Below are positions 1 through 11,280 of a stretch of DNA of 64,000 bases, piece after piece (within the stretch, counting starts at the first letter, position 1; every line of letters begins with the position of its first letter). The notes beneath the pieces were generated by a model. The model worked only from the letters and a program-made list of their open reading frames with translations, did not search any database and was not told the DNA's origin. The DNA is from Macrostomum hystrix (lineage: Eukaryota; Animalia; Platyhelminthes), in the NCBI GenBank assembly GCA_950097015.1, contig CATNEN010000038.1, positions 31,930,001 through 31,994,000 on the forward strand. The letters are read 5' to 3'. Both the position numbers and the translations under genes were made by a program.

Positions 1-215
1 GGATCTGTTGATTTAGAATGGGGATCTGTTGATTTAAAATGAGGATCAGTTGATTTAGAATGGGGATCTGTTGATTTAGAATGGGGATCTGTTGATTTAG
101 AATGGGGATCTGTTGATTTAGAATGGGGATCTGTTGATTTAAAATGAGGATCTGTTGATTGAGAATGGGGATCTGTTGATTTAAAATGGGGATCTGTGGA
201 TTAGGAATGGGGATT
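1..215. repeat. Minisatellite, ~22-bp unit (GGGGATCTGTTGATTTAGAAT-like), ~10 copies, cut by the window start
   Basis: Directly visible tandem units, ending ~120 bp past the WAPL stop codon. Confidence 0.95.
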
Positions 216-335
216 TAAATAATTATAGTAGGAACCGATAGGTTTGATTGCTAATCTACTCACTGGTCTACAGATAATAAACGAGAACAGGAGCATCAAC
301 TGCATGTACTGTACAGAGGACTCAGCTGAGCAGCA

Positions 336-3300
336 TCATTGTCCCCGCCTAGTAGAGCCGCCATTTCTCTTGCCAGCCGAAGCCGCCGACCAGCCGTCGG
401 AGGCTGACGAAGCCGCGGCTCTTCTGTCCTCTTCGCGAATGGCGTCTTCAACCCTGGACACGGCCTGCAACAGTCTGGCGATGCTCTCGGCCTCCTCCTG
501 GCCTTTCTGACGCTCCTCTTGATTGCCCTCGGAGGCGGCCAGAGTCAGGAAGGATAAAAACTTGGTGATGCAGCTCAGCACGGGCAGGAACGATGGCTGC
601 GGCTTGATCATCGGCCTGATTGAAGCGGCCAGGCGGAGATCTCGCTGGGCCAGGCAGCACAGCAGCAGGCCCGCGTAGGCGGCAACTACTGAGTCCTCCA
701 TGTGCTCACCGGCCCTGCTCAGGGCACCGTGCAGACCGCCCGGCTCAGCTGCCGCGCCACCGCTGATCGCCGGTCGACGATTGGCCGCGGCGGCCATCGC
801 GTTGGCGGCTCGCCTATCTAGAGAGGCTGGACGGCCGCCGAATTCTAGGTCGCCCCCAACTGATTGGCTGTTGAACGCATCGGGGTGTTGAAGGAAATTG
901 ATTTAGGCCAAATGCTATCAAATGCTGTGCACATGATCCCAGAAAACAATAGTCAATGATCCCAGAAATCAATAGTCAATGATCCCAGAAATCAATAGTC
1001 AATGATCCCAGAAATCAATAGTCAATGATCCCAGAAATCAATAGTCAATGATCCCAGAAAACAATAGTCAATGATCCCAGAAATCAATAGTCAATGATCC
1101 CAGAAATCAATAGTCAATGATCCCAGAAAACAATAGTCAATGATCCCAGAAATCAATAGTCAATGATCCCAGAAATCAATAGTCAATGATCCCAGAAATC
1201 AATAGTCAATGATCCCAGAAATCAATAGTCAATGATCCCAGAAATCAATAGTCAATGATCCCAGAAATCAATAGTCAATGATCCCAGAAAACAATAGTCA
1301 ATGATCCCAGAAATCAATAGTCAATGATCCCAGAAAACAATAGTCAATGATCCCAGAAAACAATAGTCAATGATCCCAGAAATCAATAGTCAATGATCCC
1401 AGAAATCAATAGTCAATGATCCCAGAAATCAATACTGAATTATCGCAGAAATCAATAGTCAATGATCCCAGAAATCAATAGTCAATGATCCCAGGCAAAG
1501 GGGGTCGGTGGCAGAGCGGTCAACGCGTTTGCCTCTGGCACCAAGGTCCCTGAGTTCGATTCCGCGGCGACGCCACATTCATTTTGGGCGCAGGCGCGGA
1601 GAGAAGGCTTGGGGGCTTGTCGTGCAATTTACGCCGTTGAGGGCCAACCTCCAAGCCACAGTGAGAGTGTACACTGACTGACGATGAGAAAGTCAGGGCA
1701 GATGTACACACCTGTGTGAGCGTGTGCCTGCGTACAGTATCTGTGTGCGTGAGTGCTCAGGAATCAGCGAAATGGGCAGAATTGCCTCCTCGCTGGCTGC
1801 GGGTCTAGTGTCACCAAATGATGTGCCATTGCCTGCAGCCCTACTACTACTATTAATTACAACATTTATTATATTTACAATTACTACGCAGTAATTATTT
1901 ACTACTACCACTATCAAAGGCATGAATAATTAATTATTCCTGAAATTATACTCGTACAATCGATTGACTGATCTGTCACCAACAAAGCCTCACCTAGTAT
2001 CCAAATCGTTTTCGTCTACAACGGCGCCGTTGCCACCGTCGCCACCGCCGCCGCCAGCGCCGACAGCGCCACCGTCGGACAGATGGGCCTCAAGCTCGTG
2101 CGAACAGGCCCTGAGAAATCTAACATTGAACAATTCGCTTAGGCGCCTAGTGATGCCAGGTAGGCGAGCAACTCTGCGCTGATTTTCATCCGAATGCTCA
2201 GCTAAATTGATGAGCACACCCAGCGATAGCAGGGTCAGATCGAATCGCGAGTCTTTGTCCGATGTTGAAGCCGAGGGCGTTGTCTCGGCTGCGATGACGG
2301 AATCCTGGGCACAGTCGAGAGCCAAATTGGCCACGGTTTCTAATAAATCAAAGCCTGTTTGACCGGCTGACAGTAGCTCTGCCGCTTGGGCATTGTCGTG
2401 ACTGAGATTAATGAGCAACTGAAGGCCGGATAATAGGCAGGCGGAGGCTGTCGCGGCCGAGGTTCGATTCGCGGAGCAGAGTCGCATTAGGCGAAGTATG
2501 AGGGGCTGACACGGAGACACCAGGTGTAGCTGGTTGTCGGGGCACCTTTGGTGGCAAAAAAAGTTTCATTTTAAATGGATTGATCGCCAGTCGTTCGATA
2601 CTATTTTAAGTTTCCAACTCTTATGAAGAGATAATATAGCCATTAGTTAAGTGGCTTGTCAATACCCATCTAGCCATATGAAAAAATCCTCGATATCCTT
2701 ACAGCCACATTTTTAAATATCGTCGATACCTATTTTGCCATATTAAACAGATCGTCGATACCCTCTCACTTCTATTTAGAAAAATCGTCGATACCCTCCT
2801 AATTCTTTTTAGAAAGATCGTCGATACCCTCTCACTGCTATTTATAAAGATCGTCGATACCCTCCTAAGTCTATTTAGAAAGATCGTCGATACCCTCTCA
2901 CTGCTATTTAGAAAGATCGTCGATACCCTCCTAATTCTATTTAGAAAGATCGTCGATACCCTCTCACTGCTCATTATAAAGATCGTCGATACCCTCCTAA
3001 TTCTATTTAGAAAGATCGTCGAACCCTCCAATTTAAAGTCCAATTTAAATTGGCCCCATATATGATGATTGGTGTGGCTTCCAAAATAGAAAGACAATAA
3101 AGTCGAGACAAGCAGTACCAATGCTCACTTATAACTCATATTCTCCAGCAGGCTAAGAAATTCCCTAGCCCTAGTTAGCCTGGCCAGCATGAACTCGTTC
3201 AGTTGCTGTTGTCCCAAATCATCGCCAAAATAGTCTAAATCGTCTCGCAAGGCCTCCAAAGCGTGATCCAATCCCCGCTGCCGCCTGATGGCCTCTTTAA

Positions 3301-6300
3301 ACCAGGGCGACGCTCGGCGAATACCCAGACTGAGCAGGGCGGCCATGGCTAGCCGTTTGGCGCTGGTTAGCAACTCGGCCGGTGCATCCGGGAACAGATT
3401 GCGCAATCTCTGCCTAAGCCTATCAGCCTGCTGTGGCCGAATATCGGGGGTATCCAATAGGCGCAGCAGCAGGCCCAGACCAGCCTTGTCTAATAGCAGG
3501 GTGGCGCGATCGCGAGACAGAGCGTAGAATAAAGCGGCTGTGCCCAGTGACAGCTGCGGATCGCACTGCGACTGCTGTGACGGAGCTGCGGGGGTGATCG
3601 GTGACTGTCGGTGAGCCTGCTGTATCCCTGCAAGTATCTCTCTCACTCATTGAGTAATTGTCTGTGTGGCTGTAAGTGAGTATCTGTCAGTGTGTATCTG
3701 TCAGTGAGTGTCTGTCAGTGAGTGTCTGTCAGTGAGTATCTGTCAGTGAGTGTCTGTCAGTGAGTGTCTGTCAGTGAGTATCTGTCAGTGAGTGTCTGTC
3801 AGTGAGTGTCTGTCAGTGAGTATCTGTCAGTGTGTATCTGTCAGTGAGTGTCTGTCAGTGAGTATCTGTCAGTGAGTAATCGTCAGTGAGTGTCTGTCAG
3901 TGAGTATCTATCAGTGAGTGTCTGTCAGTGAGTGTCTGTCAGTGAGTATCTGTCAGTGTGTATCTGTCAGTGAGTGTCTGTCAGTGAGTATCTGTCAGTG
4001 AGTATCTGTCAGTGAGTGTCTGTCAGTGAGTGTCTGTCAGTGAGTGTCTGTCAGTGAGTATCTGTCAGTGAGTGTCTGTCAGTGAGTGTCTGTCAGTGAG
4101 TATCTGTCAGTGAGTGTCTGTCAGTGAGTGTCTGTCAGTGTGTATCTGTCAGTGAGTGTCTGTCAGTGTGTATCTGTCAGTGAGTATCTGTCAGTGAGTG
4201 TCTGTCAGTGAGTATCTGTCAGTGAGTGTCTGTCAGTGAGTGTCTGTCAGTGAGTATCTGTCAGTGTGTATCTGTCAGTGAGTGTCTGTCAGTGAGTGTC
4301 TGTCAGTGAGTATCTGTCAGTGAGTGTCTGTCAGTGAGTGTCTGTCAGTGAGTATCTGTCAGTGTGTATCTGTCAGTATGTATCTGTCAGTGAGTATCTG
4401 TCAGTGAGTATCTGTCAGTGAGTGTTACGTCTCAAGTGTCTATCATTGAGTTTTGTATGTTTCTGCAAGTGAGTGTCTGTAAGTGTGTATCTGTCAGTGT
4501 GTATCTGTCAGTGTGTATCTGTCAGTGAGTATCTGTCAGTGAGTATCTGTCAGTGAGTGTTACGTCTCAAGTGTCTATCATTGAGTTTTGTATGTTTCTG
4601 TAAGTAAGTATCTGTCAGTGAGTGTCTCAAAATGTCGAAAGAATCTGTCAGTGAGTGTCTGTAAGTATCTGTAAGAATCTGTCAGTGAGTGTCTGTAAGT
4701 GTCTGTCAGTGAGTGTCTGTCAGTGAGTGTCTATCAGTGAGTGTCTGTCAGTGAGTGTCTGTCAGTGAGTATCTGTCAGTGTGTATCTGTCAGTGAGTGT
4801 CTGTCAGTGAGTATCTGTCAGTGAGTATCTGTCAGTGAGTGTCTGTCAGTGAGTGTCTGTCAGTGAGTATCTGTCAGTGAGTGTCTGTCAGTGAGTGTCT
4901 GTCAGTGAGTGTCTGTCAGTGAGTATCTGTCAGTGAGTGTCTGTCAGTGAGTGTCTGTCAGTGTGTATCTGTCAGTGAGTGTCTGTCAGTGTGTATCTGT
5001 CAGTGAGTATCTGTCAGTGAGTGTCTGTCAGTGAGTATCTGTCAGTGAGTGTCTGTCAGTGAGTGTCTGTCAGTGAGTATCTGTCAGTGTGTATCTGTCA
5101 GTGAGTGTCTGTCAGTGAGTGTCTGTCAGTGAGTATCTGTCAGTGAGTGTCTGTCAGTGAGTGTCTGTCAGTGAGTATCTGTCAGTGTGTATCTGTCAGT
5201 GTGTATCTGTCAGTGAGTATCTGTCAGTGAGTATCTGTCAGTGAGTGTTACGTCTCAAGTGTCTATCATTGAGTTTTGTATGTTTCTGCAAGTGAGTGTC
5301 TGTAAGTGTGTATCTGTCAGTGTGTATCTGTCAGTGTGTATCTGTCAGTGAGTATCTGTCAGTGAGTATCTGTCAGTGAGTGTTACGTCTCAAGTGTCTA
5401 TCATTGAGTTTTGTATGTTTCTGTAAGTAAGTATCTGTCAGTGAGTGTCTCAAAATGTCGAAAGAATCTGTCAGTGAGTGTCTGTAAGTATCTGTAAGAA
5501 TCTGTCAGTGAGTGTCTGTAAGTGTCTGTCAGTGAGTGTCTGTCAGTGAGTGTCTTAAGTCTCAATTAATGCCTGTTGTTGCGTCTACATGTGTCTGTCT
5601 GGAGCCTTTTTCAAGGCCTGCCCCAATCTAGCTGTAAATCATGCTGTAACAGACCGTCAGAGTTCATTTGTAAATGTGTCAGCTAATCTGCATATGTAGC
5701 CACAAAGATCACTCAGGCAAAAGCTTCACAAACCATCGTCGTCGACATCCTCGGCGCCCAGCAGACGGAAGAGGCTGGGGTGCAGCCGGTGGGCCTTTAA
5801 ATGCATGCGAAATTCGTGAGAACCGATGCACTGCTCAACGCACTGCATCAGCGAAAGCAGGCGAGTGGCAGGCGGCTCAGTCGGGCCCAAGCCGTCCATC
5901 AGGTAGCGAACATCGTCGGCGAAGCTCTGCTGTTCGCCTTGTTCGGCAACTTCCGCAGCAGCTTTCACGTGTCGGACGCGAACTGACGAAGAAGCCGACG
6001 ATGCTGAGGCGCCGGGTACGCCAGACGGCGCCGTTTGCGTTCGACGGAACAGAGGCGGCGGAGTAGCTACCGGGGCAACGAACTGGACAGCGGAGGGTCT
6101 TGAAGGCTCCGAGTCATCCGGAGCTGAGTCCTCTGATGGAGTTGACACGGCCGCGACTGCGGCGGCGGCGGCGGCTGCGGCTGCATTCCACGGACGATGG
6201 TTGTAGCTGGCTAAGTAGCGCTGTTTCATAGAGCCCGCGCCGCCTTTCTTCTGCAGGTGTTCGGGTCATTGTGAATTTCAGGTGTGCTCGGGTCATTGTG

Positions 6301-7252
6301 AATTTCAGGTGTGCTCGGGTCATTGTGAATTTCAGGTGTGCTCGGGTCATTGTGAATTTCAGGTGTGCTCGGGTCATTGTAAATTTCAGGTGTGCTCGGG
6401 TCATTCTGAATTTCAGGTGTGTTCGGGTCATTGTGAATTTCAGGTGTGCTCGGGTCATTGTGAATTTCAGGTGTGCTCGGGTCATTGTAAATTTCAGGTG
6501 TGCTCGGGTCATTCTGAATTTCAGGTGTGTTCGGGTCATTGTGAATTTCAGGTGTGTTCGGGTCATTGTAAATTTCAGGTGTGCTCGGGTCATTGTAAAT
6601 TTCAGGTGTGCTCGGGTCATTCTGAATTTCAGGTGTGTTCGGGTCATTGTGAATTCCAGGTGTGTTCGGGTCATTGTGAATTTCAGGTGTGTTCGGGTCA
6701 TTGTGAATTTCAGGTGTGCTCGGGTCATTGTGAATTTCAGGTGTGCTCGGGTCATTGTGAAATGTGAATTTCAGGTGTTCAGGTCATTTTAGATTTCAGG
6801 AGGTCGGTTCATTGGTGATTTTGAATTATTAAAATAAATTTGTTCGCGCAATAAAAGCAACAGTTTTACCTGAAAGAATTTGGACACCCTGGTTGGTTCG
6901 TCAATTTTCGCCTGCTTTGGATTGCTGGCCTGACCAGAGTCAAGATGGCCCGACTGCGCAGCTGAGGCCGGGTGTTTTGCCCTCCTACTAGCGGCGGCCG
7001 CGGCGGCGGCAGCGGCAGCAACCGCAGGCGAATTAGAAGATGCAGACGTTCCAGACTGGGCGGATCGGCTAGACTGCGACTTCACAATTGGCGGCGCTTT
7101 ACAAACAACGTCCGGTGGAGAGCCGTGACTGCTATCGAAATCAAATGCAGACATTGCTAACTGCTGCTGCTGCTGCTGTTGCTGCAGACTATTTGGTTGA
7201 TTTGTAAGCTTTAGTATTGAATATTTATTTGAAGAACCGCTGGCTCGAACGG
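336..7252 (-). CDS. WAPL: Wings apart-like cohesin release factor (WAPL); exons 7252-6870, 6250-5734, 3627-3129, 2545-1994, 867-336
   Basis: Exons splice in frame at GT-AG sites (FFQ|KKG, DDG|IQQ, SYK|CPDNQ, DTS|QSV). WAPL-domain motifs: FADDVRYLMDGL, FRMHLKAH, WFKEAIRRQRGLDH, LLENMSY, LLINLSHDN, FDLTLLSLGVLINLAEHS, HMEDSVVAAYAGLLL. FGF-like AFDFD near the N-terminus. Start uncertain: ATG at 7154 or an upstream exon. Confidence 0.9.
933..1495. repeat. Intronic minisatellite, 23-bp unit ATGATCCCAGAAATCAATAGTCA, ~24 copies
   Basis: Visible tandem array in the last WAPL intron (868-1993). Confidence 0.97.
1500..1850 (+). mobile_element. tRNA-derived SINE, family A, full-length copy
   Basis: Pol III A box TGGCAGAGCGG and B box GAGTTCGATTCC, central hairpin, 3' stem-loop (GGCTGCGGGT/GCCTGCAGCC), (TAC)n/(ATT)n tail. 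Homologues at 16140, 34047, 34943 and 40951. Confidence 0.88.
2749..3030. repeat. Intronic 33-bp minisatellite with two alternating variants (66-bp dimer)
   Basis: Near-constant AGAAAGATCGTCGATACCCTC followed alternately by CTAATTCTATTT or TCACTGCTATTT; in WAPL intron 2546-3128. Confidence 0.9.
3660..5555. repeat. Intronic 12-bp minisatellite (TCTGTCAGTGAG-type) with an 823-bp higher-order duplication
   Basis: Visible array. The interrupting marker TTACGTCTCAAG occurs at 4425/~4560 and again at 5248/~5383 (offset 823). Confidence 0.95.
6254..6790. repeat. Intronic 27-bp minisatellite CAGGTGTGCTCGGGTCATTGTGAATTT, ~19 copies
   Basis: Fills WAPL intron 6251-6869 right up to the acceptor AG. 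Confidence 0.97.
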
Positions 7253-9685
7253 CTGGAAAAAACAAATATTTAATTTTCTGAATATGACTTACCTTTTTTA
7301 CAAAGACCTAAATAGACTCAAATGTGATACAAAAATACACAAAGCAATAAAGAAAAAGAATTTTTCAGCAAAAAATTAAGCGAGTACATATGCTGTAACT
7401 TAAGCCTTGTCTTCTGTGCAATCACCATGCCATTGCTAGTGATTGTGTTTACTCATGTCGTCTACAAAAGCTCAACCATCATTGATATGATACTGAACTT
7501 ACCAATTAAATAAGGGACATAAGTATTGTTCTGTACATTAAACTCAACCTCTGTGGAGAACAATAATGGTGTAATGAGGATAAGAAGAGGATATTAAAAA
7601 GGATAGTAACTAAAATGCCAGAAATAAAGGCATGTAAATATATTATGCTTCAAAAAACTATTGCAAATAGGCCTATATATAAAAAGTATTGAGATAAAAC
7701 TAGGGGTAAAGCTTAGGTTGGTGTGAAATTTGAATTTATGCTCATATTTACAGTGCACATCCGAATGGCCATTCATGGGTAGCAAATAAGCATATTTTAG
7801 ACATACACAATGCCATGTCAGTGCAACAATATTTTAATATCAATGTATGTTACTTATGTAAGTAAGTTATTAATCTTATGTATAGACATACTTTCAATTT
7901 GTGCACAATAACAAACAAACAGAACAATATTATTCTGAGTAAGGTATATGTTGCTATATAGATTTAATTTAATAGGCATATATTTGAATTTTAATTAATC
8001 CACCAGATTCAATCAAACGTCTATGATTATGTCTATGATAAAGAATAATTTGGCATTATTTTTTAACTGTTTGTTATTTTTACATTTAACAAACTGGGGC
8101 TGCTTCTGGGGTTCTGGGGAACTTGTCTGTAGCTAAAGTTCAATGCAGGGGGAAATAAAAGCAAAATGGTTGACTTGCTTGGGAGTGTCTATGGCCAAAA
8201 GGGATGAGCCGGTTAGTGGCAGGGGAAGTATTAGCACATCTTCTAACACACTCAACTAATTTTCTACCATTGCATTAACTAACACACACTTGAAGTCTAA
8301 TAACACTGCAGTTGCCCAGCAGCACTGATTTTATTGTGGATCCAAACTCTCTTATTATTAGGCCCTACCTCTGCTGAATCTTGACATGCAATCATACATG
8401 CACAACACCCGGCCGAACCGGCCGGGTGAAACAAGGGCCAAGCAAGGTAAGTCGCAAAAACCAATCGACCAAGCGCAAAAAAGGGGGGACCAAGGGACAA
8501 AAAAGGAAGGCGTGAAGAAAAGGAACTAGGGGAGAGAAAAAGAGAGCAAATGAGAGCAAACTAAGTCGTAAATAGAGCAATGAAACGAACTAAGTCGCAA
8601 ATGAGAGCAAAAACTAAGTCGCACGGCTGGCTAAGATTTGGGAGGTTGCGCATGTATGCATGCGATCCTGCAGAATTTGGCTCAAAATTTGATGTTCATC
8701 ATATCATTGTTTCTGATTGTTTTACTGTTGCCAATTGTTTCAAAGTGATTTCAAAATGTTTTTTAAATGACTTAGAATTAAACTTTTCAGAAAAACAGTT
8801 TAATGAAGTATTTGAAAAGAATGCCAATAATTCTTTGGCACATTATGATGCTTCTACTGTTACAACCTAAGCCAATTACACCTTTTCTAATTGGAGTTAT
8901 TTATTGCCATATCTATTGACATTCTGAGACAATGTCTAGACCTATACTCCTATAGTAGGCCTAGTTGTCTTACTACAAATGTATTTGTGGCTGCATGATA
9001 TGTGGCCAAATAGCCCTACGCTAATATACTTGCCCTACCGCAAAGTTATTTTTAAGGTCATATCGATCATTAGACAGTTCTATTTTTGTAGTACTGGCTT
9101 ACTTTCTGTTTTTAACTTTACTCTTTAGCTAGGCCGAAAATAATGCTTTAAAAGATATAGTAAAAAAATTATAATTAACATAAACTAAAGTTGCGCAAAT
9201 GCAAATAGATAAGAGCGATAAAACTTTATTTAGTGTCTGAAGCTATTCCTTAAGAAAAATACACCGAGGTGCCCTAGACACAAGCCTATATTAGGCACTT
9301 TGCGACAATGAACAGAGTACGAGATTGTTTCTTTTTGTTTGGTTTGAATTAGAGCATTTTTATTTTGTAGGAAACAGCAAGTCAGTTTAGTGCACGCCGT
9401 AAGTTATATTTTAATCAAAGTTTGCTATGCGCTGCACATACTAATAAATGAACCGCACTTTAAGTAGCACTCCAGTCCTGGTATAAAAAAGTGGCTGCAT
9501 TTTTTCCCTCGTTATAGTCTTCAGTTAAATTTTGGTTTTAATATAAAACGACACTGCCAAATAGCTCGCTTTTTGTTGGCAGTGGTTAGAGATCCGGCAC
9601 CGGACCAAAATGTTAAACGCCTAGAGTTCCGGTAGTTTTTTTCTCAAACTAAGTTTTGTAGTTTGTTTTCAAACTAAGTCGATAA

Positions 9686-9748
9686 GCACGGTTAGCTCAG
9701 TCGGTAGAACATGGGACTATTAATTCCAGGGTCCTGCTGGAATCGAGC
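9686..9748 (+). pseudogene. tRNA-Lys(CTT)-derived pseudogene or fragment
   Basis: GCACGGTTAGCTCAGTCGGTAGAACATGGGACTATTAATTCCAGGGTC closely follows the metazoan tRNA-Lys-CTT 5' part. Anticodon reads ATT, T-arm is disrupted, and the 3' acceptor strand is missing. Confidence 0.75.
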
Positions 9749-10481
9749 ATATATATAGTTTGTTGCGGAAATGAGCCGAGATAAGTTTAACTTCTTTAAG
9801 TCACTGGGATTAGTTTTTTTGAAAACTGAGTCCAACCAATGCGTAGTTATTTCCGACATTTTAAATGTTCTAAAGTTACAAAAAAGTTTTTTGTCGATTT
9901 GTATAGAAAATTCAGTATACCCGACCACACAACTGCAGACTTCCTGTGCCGACATGCATCATGTAAGCATAATTAATGATAGACAATTTCAAAAGACTTA
10001 TTATGTACCGTTATACAGAAACTGCTTACAGTTTCTTCTCAAAGATGCGGAAGCTTTTAATTCAATTCGTGTATTATAGTATAGGTGCATTAAATACATT
10101 CTGCCGGAACTCTAGCCGTTTAACATTTGAGTCCGCGGTGCCGGATCTCATAGCCACTGCCTTTTTTGTTTCGTTTCCTGCTGTTTTTTATATTAAACGC
10201 AAATTGTCCTGTACTAATTAAGCATTATATTTAAAACCTATAATGTCCTTTAAAAAACTGGTAGAAGCCCTACATTGTTTTCTAATTCTAATATTATTTC
10301 TTCATTTTATTTTGTAAGATTAACCGAGTTATACGTGGTGCTCAAAGTAAGGTGCTATATTATGAATAAAACATGCAACGGATTTTTATTGAAACATATT
10401 GAAGCGATAAACCATACAAATTTTAAGGATGCTGAAGTCCACAAGTCCCACAGCAACAATCTGATATGTTTTGTCAACGGT

Positions 10482-11280
10482 TTATTCATCTCGCCGCATT
10501 TTCAGCAGTTCTTCTCTACGACCAGAGTCCTTTACATCGAACAGCTGGAGATTGGCCATGCCGTGGCCATTGTAGCCAAAGGCGCTTTCGTAGTTTGTAT
10601 CGAATGCGCGACTGCGATAGCGGAGCAGGTCGAAGCCCTGCATGACAGTGTTTCGACGGCTCAGCGGAATCTGGCGCAGCACTGTGCCGCGCTGCTGCTG
10701 AAACCTATAAAGAGCCAATTAAAGGGTGCTTTATCGGCTTCCGGGTTATTGGCTAACAATTGGCTATAATTTCAGATGTTTTAGAAATTGCATACTTTCT
10801 GGCAAAGGCCAAGTTGCAGGTTCCAATGGCAGCGGCTAACGATCCCAAAGTTAGGAACAGCAGTCTAATAGCAATGTACTTTATGATGTAGTGCAGGCCG
10901 GGACAATGTAGTTCTAGCGGCCTACCGCCCGCAATATCGGTGCATTTAATGCTCATCTCGAAGCCAAAGAATCTCACAATTCTAGCATGGAATGTGCTGT
11001 TATTTAGTATATTCATGCTGTTGATAGCCATTTCGTTCCCGCTAGCCAAGTTGCTGCTAAAATTGCGCGTGTAATTCCGACGGTACAGCCATCTATAGCG
11101 CCAGTCAATAATGCTGAGCAATTTATTCGGTCGATAAGTTGCTGCATTGTCGCCTAGCAGCGCAATGATGAGCCTATCCTGCGGCTCTCCTGCCATCACG
11201 GTAGGCGATTGTTCGAATAGTAGACTAGCTTGCAGCAGGACAACTGCTAAGGTGGTGGCACGTATTGAACTTGCAGGCAT
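10482..11280 (-). CDS. Uncharacterised type-I membrane protein (~235 aa); exons 11280-10796 and 10704-10482
   Basis: Signal-peptide-like N-terminus (TTLAVVLLQASLL), N-glycosylation sequons NYT/NFS/NST, one TM segment (YIAIRLLFLTLGSLAAAIGTC). A 91-bp GTATGC...TTTATAG intron joins the two ORF-track ORFs in frame (ARK|FQQQR). Confidence 0.6.

Noticed and set aside
1668-1710. Hammerhead ribozyme-like CTGACGA...GAAA...GTC in the SINE-A core
   Set aside because: Only 3 nt separate CUGANGA and GAAA, there is no room for stem III, and the stem I closing pair is mismatched. A simple hairpin (CTGAC/GTCAG) explains it better. An in vitro cleavage assay would settle it.
1784-1800. GCCTCCTCGCTGGC resembles the HDV ribozyme P3/L3
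   Set aside because: No 7-bp P1 or P2 partner can be built, and the downstream bases pair instead with the 3' terminal GCCTGCAGCC.
2749-3030. CRISPR-like constant repeat with variable spacers
   Set aside because: Spacers are 12 nt and alternate between two sequences, the context is a eukaryotic intron, and there are no cas genes.
6114-6792. Repetitive ORFs (MTRAHLKFT, CSGHCEFQV)
   Set aside because: Translations of the 27-bp intronic array.
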